Positions 7,569 to 17,303 of a stretch of 32,000 nucleotides of DNA are shown piece by piece. The notes beneath the pieces were generated by a model. It did not search any database. It saw nothing but the letters and a program-made list of their open reading frames with translations, and was not told the DNA's origin. The position numbers and the translations under genes are program-made. Source of the stretch: Prevotella phage Lak-A1; the sequence record MK250016.1. One strand, 5' to 3'. How positions within the stretch are numbered: the stretch's first letter is position 1; each line of letters starts with the position of its first letter.

Positions 7569-8852
7569 ATGAAGAAATTATTTGAAGCAAAACAAAAACC
7601 ATTAGTTGTTTATAATCCTGCTGATATATTTATGAAATATAATATGAAACCAGGAGATTATGTTTCTATTGCATATATATCAGACGTTTTACAAGGTGAA
7701 TCAAGCCATCCTATTGCAAGAAGTGGTTCTCAAAAACAATGTTATAATATTAATGATGAAACAGATGCATAGTTAATGGAATATATTGACAACCTTCCTA
7801 ATAATAGAATTAAACAATTATTAACAGAATTTAGAGAATCTAAGAAATATTAGGATTTTTTAAATGGTACCAGTAAATTAAAAACATGTAAATTAAATTT
7901 AACGACAGAACATATTATTAAAGTAAGTCATCTTACATGTAACTGGAAAGATTCAAAAGCATTGGCAAAATTCTATGATAAGTAGCGAGATGCTATTTGG
8001 AAACTCCGTCAAGATTATGGATTTGAAGATGGTTTTGATGATAATTATGATAGAGATGAAGATGATGTAAACTGGAGAGATTCACATGATGGTAGAAATA
8101 TAATGCCTCGTACAAAAAAGAATTATAACGGTAATGTATATAAAGATGCTACTATCCTTCCTGGCATTTATGCAAGTCTTTCAGATCCTGATAAAGTTGC
8201 ATTTAGATTCGCATATAATCAAAGATCTAGTCATAAAGATTCTGATTATTATTATGTAAATGGTGATGGAACATTATTTCCTTTAAATAAAGCATTCGTT
8301 ACATTCTTAACATATGCATATAAGAAAAATAAAGAAGATGAAATTTATCCTACATAGGAAGAAAGAGAATTTGTTGCTAAACTTAAACAAATTACTGATG
8401 AAGCAGCAAGTACAGCAGAAATGACTCTTAGCTGTAATTAGATTTTATTTATGAAGTCAACTGCACGCACATCAAAGAACGCAAGAATTTCTCAAAATAT
8501 TCCATTTGTATGGATTAATACAAAAGCAGTTGTCAATAAATATGATTTTATTAATCCAACTGAATTAAATAACATTATTAAAAATCTTGTGTATTCACTT
8601 GATGATACTGATGTTAATGGTACAATTGAAAATATCAATGTTAAAGGTAAATCAATAAGTGATCTTCTTAATATAGATATGTCTGGTAAAGCAACTGCTG
8701 ATCCTGCAACTATTAGACAACGTTTAGGAATTACAGAAGCATTACATATGTTAGCATATAAATTTACACAAACAAAAAAGAAACGTGCATTATATGAATC
8801 AATTATGAAAAATGTTTCTAAAACAATAAAAAGAAAATTACAATTAATCTAA
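7569..8852 (+). CDS. hypothetical protein, 427 aa with 5 in-frame TAG (7770, 7851, 7983, 8355, 8439)
   Basis: ORFs 7569..7772, 8103..8357 and 8451..8852 share one frame interrupted only by TAG; ends at TAA. Confidence 0.82.
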
Positions 8853-8858
8853 AATAAT

Positions 8859-8892
8859 AAAGAGATTGAATAATCAAATATTCAATCTCTTT
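8859..8892. terminator. bidirectional terminator between convergent genes
   Basis: 14-bp perfect stem aaagagattgaata/tattcaatctcttt, 6-nt loop, between CDS ends at 8852 (+) and 8910 (-). Confidence 0.85.
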
Positions 8893-8909
8893 TCTTTTAT
8901 ATTAAAAAA

Positions 8910-10163
8910 TTAAAATCTAATAAATGAAACTACTTTTGCAGAAACATTAGGATCTGCAATTTTGAATACCTTATCAGGATTAACCTATAACATGATATTT
9001 GCATCACCTTTATCTGCAACAGAAGATGTCCAATATCTACCGGTACCGATAATATCCATTACTTTATTAAGTTCTGGTAATGTAGGAAGATATGCACGTT
9101 CAAAAATTTGTGATTTTACTTCATTAACTTGTTCACTATTCAAACCATTTAATTGTAATTTCTTTATAGCCATTTGCTTTGCAAGTTTAGCAGCATTATT
9201 ACCATTATCTTCAAGAATACTTGTATAAAAATTTCCTTTAATTTCCTCTTGATAATAATAATTAGATCCTGGTGTAATCTCTAATTTCTATTTAGCACCA
9301 ACTAGCTTTTTCTTAAAATAATATGAATCATATACATTATTATTTCCTGGATTACCCAATGTTGATTCCTATGAATCCAATATCATAAATACTGGTTTCT
9401 TATCTAATGACTAATAACTAGAAATAACACATTTAGCAAATGATCCCTATGCATCATTACTTAAAACTAAACCATCTACTTCATCCCATTTAAGGAACAT
9501 ACCTTCATTTGCTTTTTTCAAAAAATTACCTACTGTTTTAAAATATGGTTTTAAATCTGCATATTTTTCACCAAATGGTTCATCTTCTGCAATTTCATCC
9601 TCTATATCTTCATCATTTGAATCTGATGTATCTACATCATCATAATCAGGATAATCTGTCTATGTAGTTTCTTCAGGTTCATCAACCTTTTTACTTACAC
9701 TATCATCAAACCCATGTGAAACTATAGGTTTATCCTAAATAACTGGTTCATCTTCTATTGTATTATCATCTGTTTGCACATCATCATAATCAGGATAATC
9801 AGGAGTCTATACTGGTTCATCCTAAGAAATATTACCATCGAATTCACCACCATTTTCAACATATAATTTCTGAATATCTGCTATACTACCACCAGCATCT
9901 ATATATGCATTACCAATATTCTTATATGCTTTTAATTTATTAATATCTGAATTATTATGTGGACATCCAACCTTCATAGTAAGCAAACCTGCAACATATT
10001 TCTATAAAAGAACCTCTTTTGTATCTTTCTTCATTACCTTTGCATCTTCACCTAATGTTGAACGCAAACGACTTGACATTGAACTCATTGAAGCCCAAAT
10101 TTTTGGATCAATTGTTCTCTATACACGGGCTTCATTTAATATATCATTTATAAATGTTCTCAT
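8910..10163 (-). CDS. hypothetical protein, 417 aa with about 10 in-frame TAG; acidic middle region
   Basis: ATG 10161-10163 to TAA 8910-8912 in one frame (418 codons incl. stop) interrupted only by TAG; includes track ORF 8985..9173; Asp/Glu-rich DYPDYDDVQTDDN...DYPDYDDVDTSDSNDEDIEDE. Confidence 0.8.
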
Positions 10164-10242
10164 TTAAAATAAATCAATAATTATTTTATATATTTATTTT
10201 GTTATAATTATTTATTATAACATTATCATTTACCATAAAATT

Positions 10243-10273
10243 AAAGAGTATAACTTTTTAAATTATACTCTTT
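10243..10273 (-). terminator. terminator after protease gene
   Basis: 11-bp stem aaagagtataa/ttatactcttt. Confidence 0.7.
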
Positions 10274-10293
10274 ATTCTTTATTTTGTTTTTAA

Positions 10294-10923
10294 TTATAAA
10301 ATTGTTGTCCATGCTTCAAATACTGCATCATCATATTCTTCATAAGGAATAGTAATATATCCATGATCTGCCCATGATGTTCCCCATGAATTTCTAATAA
10401 TAAATCCTTGCTTATTATAGCCAACGCATAATACACAATGCCCTCCGGCATAATTAGAACCTTTTCTCCAAAAATATGGATCATTATCTGTAAAAACAGG
10501 AAAACCCATAGAAACTGGGCCAAACATAATTAATGCACGTTTTAAAACTTCTCCTGATGGAACTAAAGCATATGAATTAATTTTTTCACCATTTAAACCA
10601 TTAGTTTTAAGATATTTTAATGCTTCTTTTATAGACATACCTTCCTATGGTTTATTTGAACGAGAATTATATAATGTATTAATAGAGAAATTATTACATT
10701 TACCATCAGTTCCTACTTTACTGTTATGAAGATAGTCAAGTACACCAGTTAATGATTGACATACACAAGTCTATGTATTACCCTAATCACGAACAGGAGG
10801 CATAACATCTCTTAAAGAAAATTCATCAGGTAATGGTATTTTTGAATCAACATTTACTACTTGTTCTGTACCATCTAATTTAGACGGAATACATCCATAA
10901 AAATGTTTCTACTTATTATCCAT
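10294..10923 (-). CDS. papain-like (C1 family) cysteine protease, 209 aa with TAG codons in the active-site region
   Basis: Read-through gives LRDVMPPVRD(TAG=Q)GNT(TAG=Q)TCVCQSLTGVLDYL then GGHCVLCVGYNKQGFIIRNSWGTSWADHGYITIPYEEY; Q/C/H/N catalytic signature. ATG 10921-10923. Confidence 0.88.
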
Positions 10924-10969
10924 ATGTCATTAAATATATTTTATATATTTATTTTCTATATAATAAAAG

Positions 10970-11001
10970 AAAGAGTTAGATATTCGAATATCTAACTCTT
11001 T
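10970..11001 (-). terminator. terminator, 32-nt perfect palindrome
   Basis: aaagagttagatattcgaatatctaactcttt downstream of the portal gene. Confidence 0.75.
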
Positions 11002-11011
11002 TATATTTTTA

Positions 11012-12907
11012 TTAAGAGAAATCACCACCGGTATCACCTCCACCAGTATCTGCAATTTCAGAACCACCAGATCCCATACCAGTATCACCACCAGAGAATG
11101 CTTCATCACCGCCAGAGAAGTCTCCTCCACCACCGAAGTCACCTCCACCGGTATCACCTTCAGCCCCGAATGAATCATCAAAACCTGAACCTCCAGAATC
11201 ACCGCCGAAATCCATTTCGCCTGGTGCACCATTACCTTGCTGTTCACCAACTTGTTTTCCCATTTCTTGGTGTTGTTTAATTATTTTGGCTTGTTCTAAT
11301 CGTTCAATAATTTCGCCTTGCTTATATTTTTCATTAAGTGCAAAATCTTCATCAGACATACCTAGAAATTTCTCAATAAGGAATTTCATACTAAAGAATG
11401 GTTTATTTTCACCTAATTGAATTTGTGCTAAAGTACCTATAATTTCAGCCCCCTATTTTAATGCAGTTCTTTCTTTTGCTTTAACAAATAAGTTTTCTTC
11501 ATTAAATACAATACCTATACATTGTTTAAGCAATTCAGAATTAGCTAATTCTGGCATCATTAAACATATTTGCACCCATAAAGGTTTTAACAAAATTTCA
11601 CGATACATAACGCGAATACGACTAATAAATCTACTAAATGCATATTCCTCTCGTGTTATACTTGCATCATCTCCACCTAATGGATGTGCGCCATCAGCAG
11701 CAGGATCAATCATAAATCTATTTGCTGGAACTTTTGTTTCTAATATAAAACGTCTCCAAAAATATTTCAATGGTGTAATATCACTTAAGTCATAACCTTC
11801 TGTAGGTATTTCTTCTATTGTCATCGAATTACCATCACGAATTGGGAAAAAATGAGTTTTGGAAAATGAAAAACGTGGTTGACCATTTACAACCATTTCA
11901 CCAGATATTTCATCAACTGTTGTTTCTTCATTCCAATCTGCTTTTACTTCATTAACCTTTGCACGAGCTTTGTCCTATGAAATATTACCTACTGGAATAC
12001 CAACTTTAACACGTTTCTGTGAATTCATAATATTCCAAACCATTCTTGATGTTTCAAGTTGTGTTAACATTGTATATGATCTTATTAATCCTTCTAGATA
12101 AGAAACTCGTGAATTTTCACCATACATACCTGTTGACCATGATATATATACAATATTTGAATCTGGTATTTTTCTTTCCAACTATGCATCACCTCTATAT
12201 TGATACCATACTTTTACTTCTTTTCCTGTTTCTGGATCTATTTCAATATCAGGTTCAAGAGTTGCTGCATCCAATTCTCTCATACCTATAATACGTGTAG
12301 GTTTCATAAGATTATCAACAACAATTTCAAATGCCAAATATCCTTCAACTAAGAATTTTTTAAAATAATTCCATGCATCATTTGATTTATCCCATCCATA
12401 TGTAGAATATATAATCTTAAATGCTTTTTGACAATTTTTAATTAAATCATCTGCAGTTTCACCATTTGCACCTTTATAATTAGTGTTAAGCTTTAATTTC
12501 AGAAGATTTAAATCTAACTATGCAAAATAATTGTTTTCATCTAATATTATAGTTTCATCTGAAATAGTATCAAGAACAAAAGAAATTGTTTGTTGTGAAG
12601 CGAACTATCTTAACTATTCACGTCTCTATTGATATGATAAATCATAATATGCATAAGATTGTTTTGTATTTTTAGTAATATCAACATACTATGAAAAAGA
12701 ATTTTGATCCTAATTTAAACCATCGTTAAATGGGTATAATGAATCACCTGTATAATTATTTGTTTGAGCGGAACCTAAAGCTAATGATGTTTTAAGAATA
12801 CTCTATGATGAATTTAAACTGAGAGAAGACAGATTAATAAGTGTATTGATTTTATTATGATCTGCTTTTCCTGGATTAAACTTTCTTGCTATATATTTTG
12901 TAGGCAT
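11012..12907 (-). CDS. portal protein (T4 gp20-like), 631 aa with 10 in-frame TAG by manual reading
   Basis: Track ORFs 11975..12181, 11453..11896 and 11012..11389 share one frame. GNSMTIEEIPTEGYDLSDITPLKYFWRRFILETKVPANRFMIDP matches the T4-like portal pattern. ATG 12905-12907. Gly/Asp-rich C-terminus. Confidence 0.85.
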
Positions 12908-12949
12908 TATTATGCTTTTATTTAGTTTTTATATTTATTATATATAAAA

Positions 12950-12986
12950 ATAGGTAATATGTTTATGAAAAATACATATTACCTAT
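12950..12986 (-). terminator. terminator following the tmRNA
   Basis: 13-bp stem ataggtaatatgt/acatattacctat then T5 on the minus strand. Confidence 0.8.
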
Positions 12987-13028
12987 CAAACAAAATTAAA
13001 CAATTAAATATATATATTATGAAAAATG

Positions 13029-13421
13029 TGGAGACATCCGGAGTCGAACCGGAGTATTACTAACTTGTCAATAATAAACTATCTACGTGCGTATTTCTTA
13101 ATTAGTTTTCATCATACATTCTTAGGAGTTAAACAGTTTAATGTCGTAATCACTCTTATTGGACAAAAAGTATAGTGAGTTTTATTTAACAGAGAAAACA
13201 CTCACCGAACTCCGTGGCGATGCTCAACTTACCTTGTAAGGAGCAAATGCTTCAATGGGTTTATATTACCAATCCTACCGGATTAAGCTGCCATACGAAA
13301 ATCAATTTCGTCGTCATTTAAATTTATTTGCTAAATTTCTTTGTATTACTACAAAAGGCTTTTAACTTTCCTACACGATTTATTACCACATAATTAATAA
13401 GCAAAACCAAAAAATGTCCCC
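13029..13421 (-). ncRNA. ssrA: phage-encoded tmRNA (transfer-messenger RNA)
   Basis: 5' GGGGACA pairs with 3' TGTCTCC; T arm TCCGG-TTCGACT-CCGGA; GCACGTAGA-type segment before the 3' domain; internal short frame ...AAT GAC GAC GAA ATT GAT TTT CGT ATG GCA GCT TAA (NDDEIDFRMAA*), a tag-like C-terminus ending in AA. Length 393 nt; terminator follows. Confidence 0.8.
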
Positions 13422-13465
13422 TAAATATTAATTACATATTTTATATATGTAATTAATTAAAAAGT

Positions 13466-13816
13466 TTACTTTTTCTTTAACTTTTTACCTGTTTTATAAT
13501 AACGCTGTAACTTATTATTTAATACAGTATTTATCACATTAAGTCTATGATTTTCACTAATTAACTTATTATATTTACTATATAATGTATTATATGATAT
13601 ATCAAAATCTTTAAGTATTTTCTCTTGTGCTTTAATTACATCATCTTGTAATAAAGACCTTTCATCCTGTGTTTTAATTATATCATCATTATTTTTTATT
13701 ATTGAAGTATATATAGTATATAGTTCTTCTCGTTTTTTATCAATATTATTACTATTCGGCGTAAAAATAGCACTTAATATATTTGTAAAATAATCAGATA
13801 ATTTCATAATTAACAT
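13466..13816 (-). CDS. hypothetical coiled-coil-like protein
   Basis: ORF track. Confidence 0.7.
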   Translation of the reverse strand: MLIMKLSDYFTNILSAIFTPNSNNIDKKREELYTIYTSIIKNNDDIIKTQDERSLLQDDVIKAQEKILKDFDISYNTLYSKYNKLISENHRLNVINTVLNNKLQRYYKTGKKLKKK

Positions 13817-13826
13817 TCTTATTATA

Positions 13827-14630
13827 TTAAACGAATATAGTTAATTCCATATTTTGTGACATTAAATTTCCAAATACATTCATAGGAAGTGTTTTTGAAA
13901 ATGTATCATTAACATACAAATCAATATAATTTGCATAACATGATGACTTATTCAATTTATTTTTTCCTTTCTCTAGAACTGTAATTCTACCATAAACAAT
14001 ATCACCTTCTTTAACATCACTTAAATAATTTGTCTTGATATGAATTCGTTTAACAATATATTTCGGTGTTGCTAAATAAATATCTCCATTGTTTGGCGCA
14101 TTATCAATTGCATCCCATTTTGCTTTTCTTCTTGCTGCATTCTTTTGTTGTCTCTTATTATATTCAGCAATAGCATCTTCTTCTGTTTCAAAACAACGAT
14201 TCCTTGTATTAACATGTGGTACATCACACACAGAAAGAAGATAATATCCCTCTCTAATTTTATAATTATCATCCGCTTCTCTTACAAAACATACAGACCA
14301 TTTGTCTGCAGAAGAATATCTTATAATTTCTGAAGCACCTCTAACTGCAGGTGAAATTTCTTTATTAAGCTTTACAAATACAATACGTCTACTATCTTTT
14401 GATATAGGATCTACTGTATATAATGATTTACATTCATTATCTAATACTTCTTTCTTGATAAGAAATCCATAAATAGTTCTACTAAAACTAAAATAGTATG
14501 ATGATCTCCCACTTTCTTCATAATTACCAAGATATAAATCTGTATTATCAATATAATATTCATCAGGAATATTTGATAATGATTTATTATGGTCATATGA
14601 ATTTATAAATGTATATGATTTTGCTTTCAT
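13827..14630 (-). CDS. hypothetical protein (267 aa)
   Basis: ORF track; promoter-like element at 14663-14670. Confidence 0.8.
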   Translation of the reverse strand: MKAKSYTFINSYDHNKSLSNIPDEYYIDNTDLYLGNYEESGRSSYYFSFSRTIYGFLIKKEVLDNECKSLYTVDPISKDSRRIVFVKLNKEISPAVRGASEIIRYSSADKWSVCFVREADDNYKIREGYYLLSVCDVPHVNTRNRCFETEEDAIAEYNKRQQKNAARRKAKWDAIDNAPNNGDIYLATPKYIVKRIHIKTNYLSDVKEGDIVYGRITVLEKGKNKLNKSSCYANYIDLYVNDTFSKTLPMNVFGNLMSQNMELTIFV

Positions 14631-14662
14631 AATTTCTATTTTTCTTTCATTAATTTATATTT

Positions 14663-14670
14663 CAAAGATA
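14663..14670 (-). promoter_or_regulatory. Bacteroidetes-type -7 box TATCTTTG
   Basis: ATGTATCTTTGAAAT upstream of the 13827..14630 gene. Confidence 0.55.
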
Positions 14671-14739
14671 CATAAAAGTTTTTAAAATAAAAAATGGAGA
14701 CTATATGAATAATCTCCATTTAATGTATAATATCATTTT

Positions 14740-14958
14740 TTAACAATCTTCTACATTTGTAATAGATACCTTATTTAATTCATCTTGCCAATTAATAACA
14801 AACTGTAAATTAAATAAATTATCTTCTACTAATTTCATATTATTAAGTCTCTTAACTTCATTATATAATGTAATTGCTTCTTTTACATTATTCTCCATTC
14901 TAATTGCTAAATCTGCAATTTCTGTGTATTCTTGCTTTAATATATCTTCTTTAATCAT
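14740..14958 (-). CDS. hypothetical protein
   Basis: ORF track. Confidence 0.65.
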   Translation of the reverse strand: MIKEDILKQEYTEIADLAIRMENNVKEAITLYNEVKRLNNMKLVEDNLFNLQFVINWQDELNKVSITNVEDC

Positions 14959-15009
14959 TTAAATTCTCTCACAATTTTTTTGATCGAAAAAGACAAAATA
15001 TTATGTTGT

Positions 15010-15291
15010 TTAATTATCAGAGATATAATATTTAAACCCATTCTGTAATTTTGTTAACATATGTTTAATCTTAACATCTCTAATTTCTGAATTTTTAATT
15101 ACATTATATTGTCCTATTATAAGATCAATATAATTAGCAACAGCTTTAGCATCTAATTTATCAATAACTGAATATAGATTTATCTCTGGTGTTTTTACTT
15201 TACTTTCATATAACTCACATTCTGTTTTATTAGTAAAAACTTTTCCATCATCTGCATAATATTCTGTCTTTATAATTGTCTTCTGTTTCAT
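15010..15291 (-). CDS. hypothetical protein
   Basis: ORF track. Confidence 0.65.
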   Translation of the reverse strand: MKQKTIIKTEYYADDGKVFTNKTECELYESKVKTPEINLYSVIDKLDAKAVANYIDLIIGQYNVIKNSEIRDVKIKHMLTKLQNGFKYYISDN

Positions 15292-15329
15292 AATTGTAAA
15301 AAATTAAAAATATTACTAATGTCATGTCG

Positions 15330-15401
15330 TTGGGGATCCGAGACTCGAACTCGGCCTAAGAGTTTTAGAGACTCCTGTACTGACCACTATACTAATCCCC
15401 A
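15330..15401 (-). tRNA. amber suppressor tRNA, anticodon CTA (tRNA-Gln-like)
   Basis: TGGGGAT TA GTAT AGTGGTCA GTAC A GGAGT CTCTAAA ACTCT TAGG CCGAG TTCGAGT CTCGG ATCCCCA A: canonical cloverleaf, anticodon CTA at 15366-15368 (forward tag), U33 and A37. U1-A72, G2-C71, G3-C70, G10 and U35 resemble bacterial tRNA-Gln identity elements. Confidence 0.92.
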
Positions 15402-15431
15402 ATACTATATTTTAATTTACATAACTATTAA

Positions 15432-16202
15432 TTATTCTATATAATCGCTTAATTTCTATTTGTAATGATAATATGTTGATTTACATACATTATATTTAGT
15501 TAAAAAATCTGATTCTGATATATTATTTACAATATCATTCTTCATATCTACTGTTAATTTACTGCAGCCATTAGAATTAAATAACTATATTTTCTAATTA
15601 TATTTAGATATTTTCTACATTAATTCTTGTTTATCACGTGATAATATATATCGTTTTTTAACTAAAAGATTACTGACACTACCTCTTGTAAAATTAACAT
15701 TCATATCACGTTTTAATTGTTGTAATGATGTAGATGAAACAATATTCTTTGTATTTACATCATAACAATATATTGTATGCCTTCCATCATTCTATTTTTC
15801 ATATGATTTTTTCTAAACTATTAATTTCTATTCATCTGTGAATTTATATCCATCAATACCACCATCACCACCTTTTGTTTGATTATAACCAGTAGCTCCA
15901 TAACTATTATATTTACGAATATACTATTTTTCTAATAGATCTAATTGTTGTTTTATATCAGACGTGATATAATTATCAAATGTTTTTAATATATATAATG
16001 AAAAGGAATCTATACCATATTTCTTAAATGCTTTATATATTGGCGCATTATATCTATTATTAACAGAATTATTAATATGATGTAATAATCTTTTATGTAG
16101 ATTTATACTCTAACCAATATAACACTTTTTATTTATATCATTCTAAATCATATAAATACCCGGACACTATGGTATATTATTTATAATATCATCTTTACTC
16201 AT
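15432..16202 (-). CDS. GIY-YIG homing-type endonuclease, 256 aa with 11 in-frame TAG codons
   Basis: Not in the ORF track. ATG 16200-16202 to TAA 15432-15434, only TAG interruptions. MSKDDIINNIPQCPGIYMIQNDINKKCYIGQSINLHKRLLHHINN...PIYKAFKKYGIDSFSLYIL...LLEKQYIRKYNSYGATGYNQTKGGDGG. Confidence 0.88.
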
Positions 16203-16234
16203 AATAATTTTTAATATTTAATAACCATATTTTG

Positions 16235-16308
16235 TAGCCCCACTCAGATTCGAACTGAGTCAGCGAAAGTTAGAGTTTCGAATGCTTAAACCATTACATC
16301 ATAGGGCA
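16235..16308 (-). tRNA. second amber suppressor tRNA, anticodon CTA
   Basis: TGCCCTA TG ATGT AATGGTTTAA GCAT T CGAAA CTCTAAC TTTCG CTGA CTCAG TTCGAAT CTGAG TGGGGCT A; anticodon CTA at 16271-16273 (forward tag), U33, A37; unpaired 1-72 (U.U). Confidence 0.88.
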
Positions 16309-16323
16309 ATAAAAATATAAAAA

Positions 16324-16674
16324 TTAAATATAATCTTTTCGTCCTGTTCCCGTTTCAGGATTCCATTTATAATATTCTTTTGGTAAAGTACCTTTACATG
16401 TATCAATTAATTTATAATCAGAAATATCAAATCCAAATTTTTGTATATATGTAATATCTGGTTTATTTATACCCCATAAATAATAACCTTTTGAATTTTG
16501 AAATACATAATAAGTCCAAGTATTATCTATTTCTTCTTCGACTTTTACTTTCTTTTCTGTTTCATCAAATTCACGTAAAATTTCAATGTCATTTTCTGTA
16601 ATCTTCATTCTCTTTAATTTCTTCGGAAGATTATTTGTATAACATTTTTGTCCTTTATATAAAAATTCAATCAT
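16324..16674 (-). CDS. hypothetical protein
   Basis: ORF track. Confidence 0.7.
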   Translation of the reverse strand: MIEFLYKGQKCYTNNLPKKLKRMKITENDIEILREFDETEKKVKVEEEIDNTWTYYVFQNSKGYYLWGINKPDITYIQKFGFDISDYKLIDTCKGTLPKEYYKWNPETGTGRKDYI

Positions 16675-16826
16675 TTAATATTCATATATATTTTATGAAA
16701 AAATGCGTTAAAAGTTTTAAATATTCTTAATTATTTTTAAATATTTTTAACTAAGTAATATAAAATATTTTTTGCATTTAACATATATTATAACATGAAA
16801 TATTAATAATGTCTAAAATATTTTTA

Positions 16827-17303
16827 TTATTTTATTTTTTTAATTAACTTTTCTGATTTATCATATAGAGATTCTGTTTCACTAATCATTTTCATATATT
16901 TAGATTTAAATTCATCTGTAGATAATTCAATTATAGTAAGATTAAGAAATTCATTTAAATTATATGATAATTGTTTATGTGCATCAAATTCAAACCATAT
17001 ATCATCAAGATATGAGGAATCATTATATTTAAAAAACAATCCATTTAAATATACTCTTGTATCATGTTTATCACACGTTACAAATTGTTCATATACATGA
17101 ATATAAACAGCATTATTATATGAACGTTCTTTTGATATACGAACATATTTACCTCTCAAATCTCGTTGGGAAATAAGTAATTCATTTTTTAATGTTTTAT
17201 ATTCATATGCTTTTTCATATGTTTCATTCTCTAATTTCTGAAGATATTCTATATTTCCTGTTATATCTGGTTTATGTAGAATATTTTGTAATTGTTTATT
17301 CAT
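16827..17303 (-). CDS. hypothetical protein
   Basis: ORF track. Confidence 0.75.
   Translation of the reverse strand: MNKQLQNILHKPDITGNIEYLQKLENETYEKAYEYKTLKNELLISQRDLRGKYVRISKERSYNNAVYIHVYEQFVTCDKHDTRVYLNGLFFKYNDSSYLDDIWFEFDAHKQLSYNLNEFLNLTIIELSTDEFKSKYMKMISETESLYDKSEKLIKKIK

Noticed and set aside
11098-11390. Gly/Asp-rich repetitive DNA as a possible tandem repeat array or CRISPR-like element
   Set aside because: Repeats are short codon-level redundancy inside the portal reading frame; no spacer structure. No CRISPR array seen anywhere in the window.
8962-12291. ORFs 8962..9228(+), 9758..9943(+), 11098..11280(+), 12046..12291(+), 10290..10523(-), 10930..11250(-)
   Set aside because: Out-of-frame or antisense readings within reconstructed TAG-containing CDSs (8910..10163, protease, portal).
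6330-12907. Interpretation of split genes as pseudogenes or sequencing errors
   Set aside because: All interruptions are TAG, none TAA/TGA or frameshifts; conserved Gln positions coincide with TAG and two CTA tRNAs are present.
13029-13421. Split tRNA with a group I intron instead of tmRNA
   Set aside because: No D arm plus anticodon arm in the 5' part, length and 3' sequence features fit tmRNA, and a tag-like frame ending GCA GCT TAA is present; still should be confirmed by covariance model.
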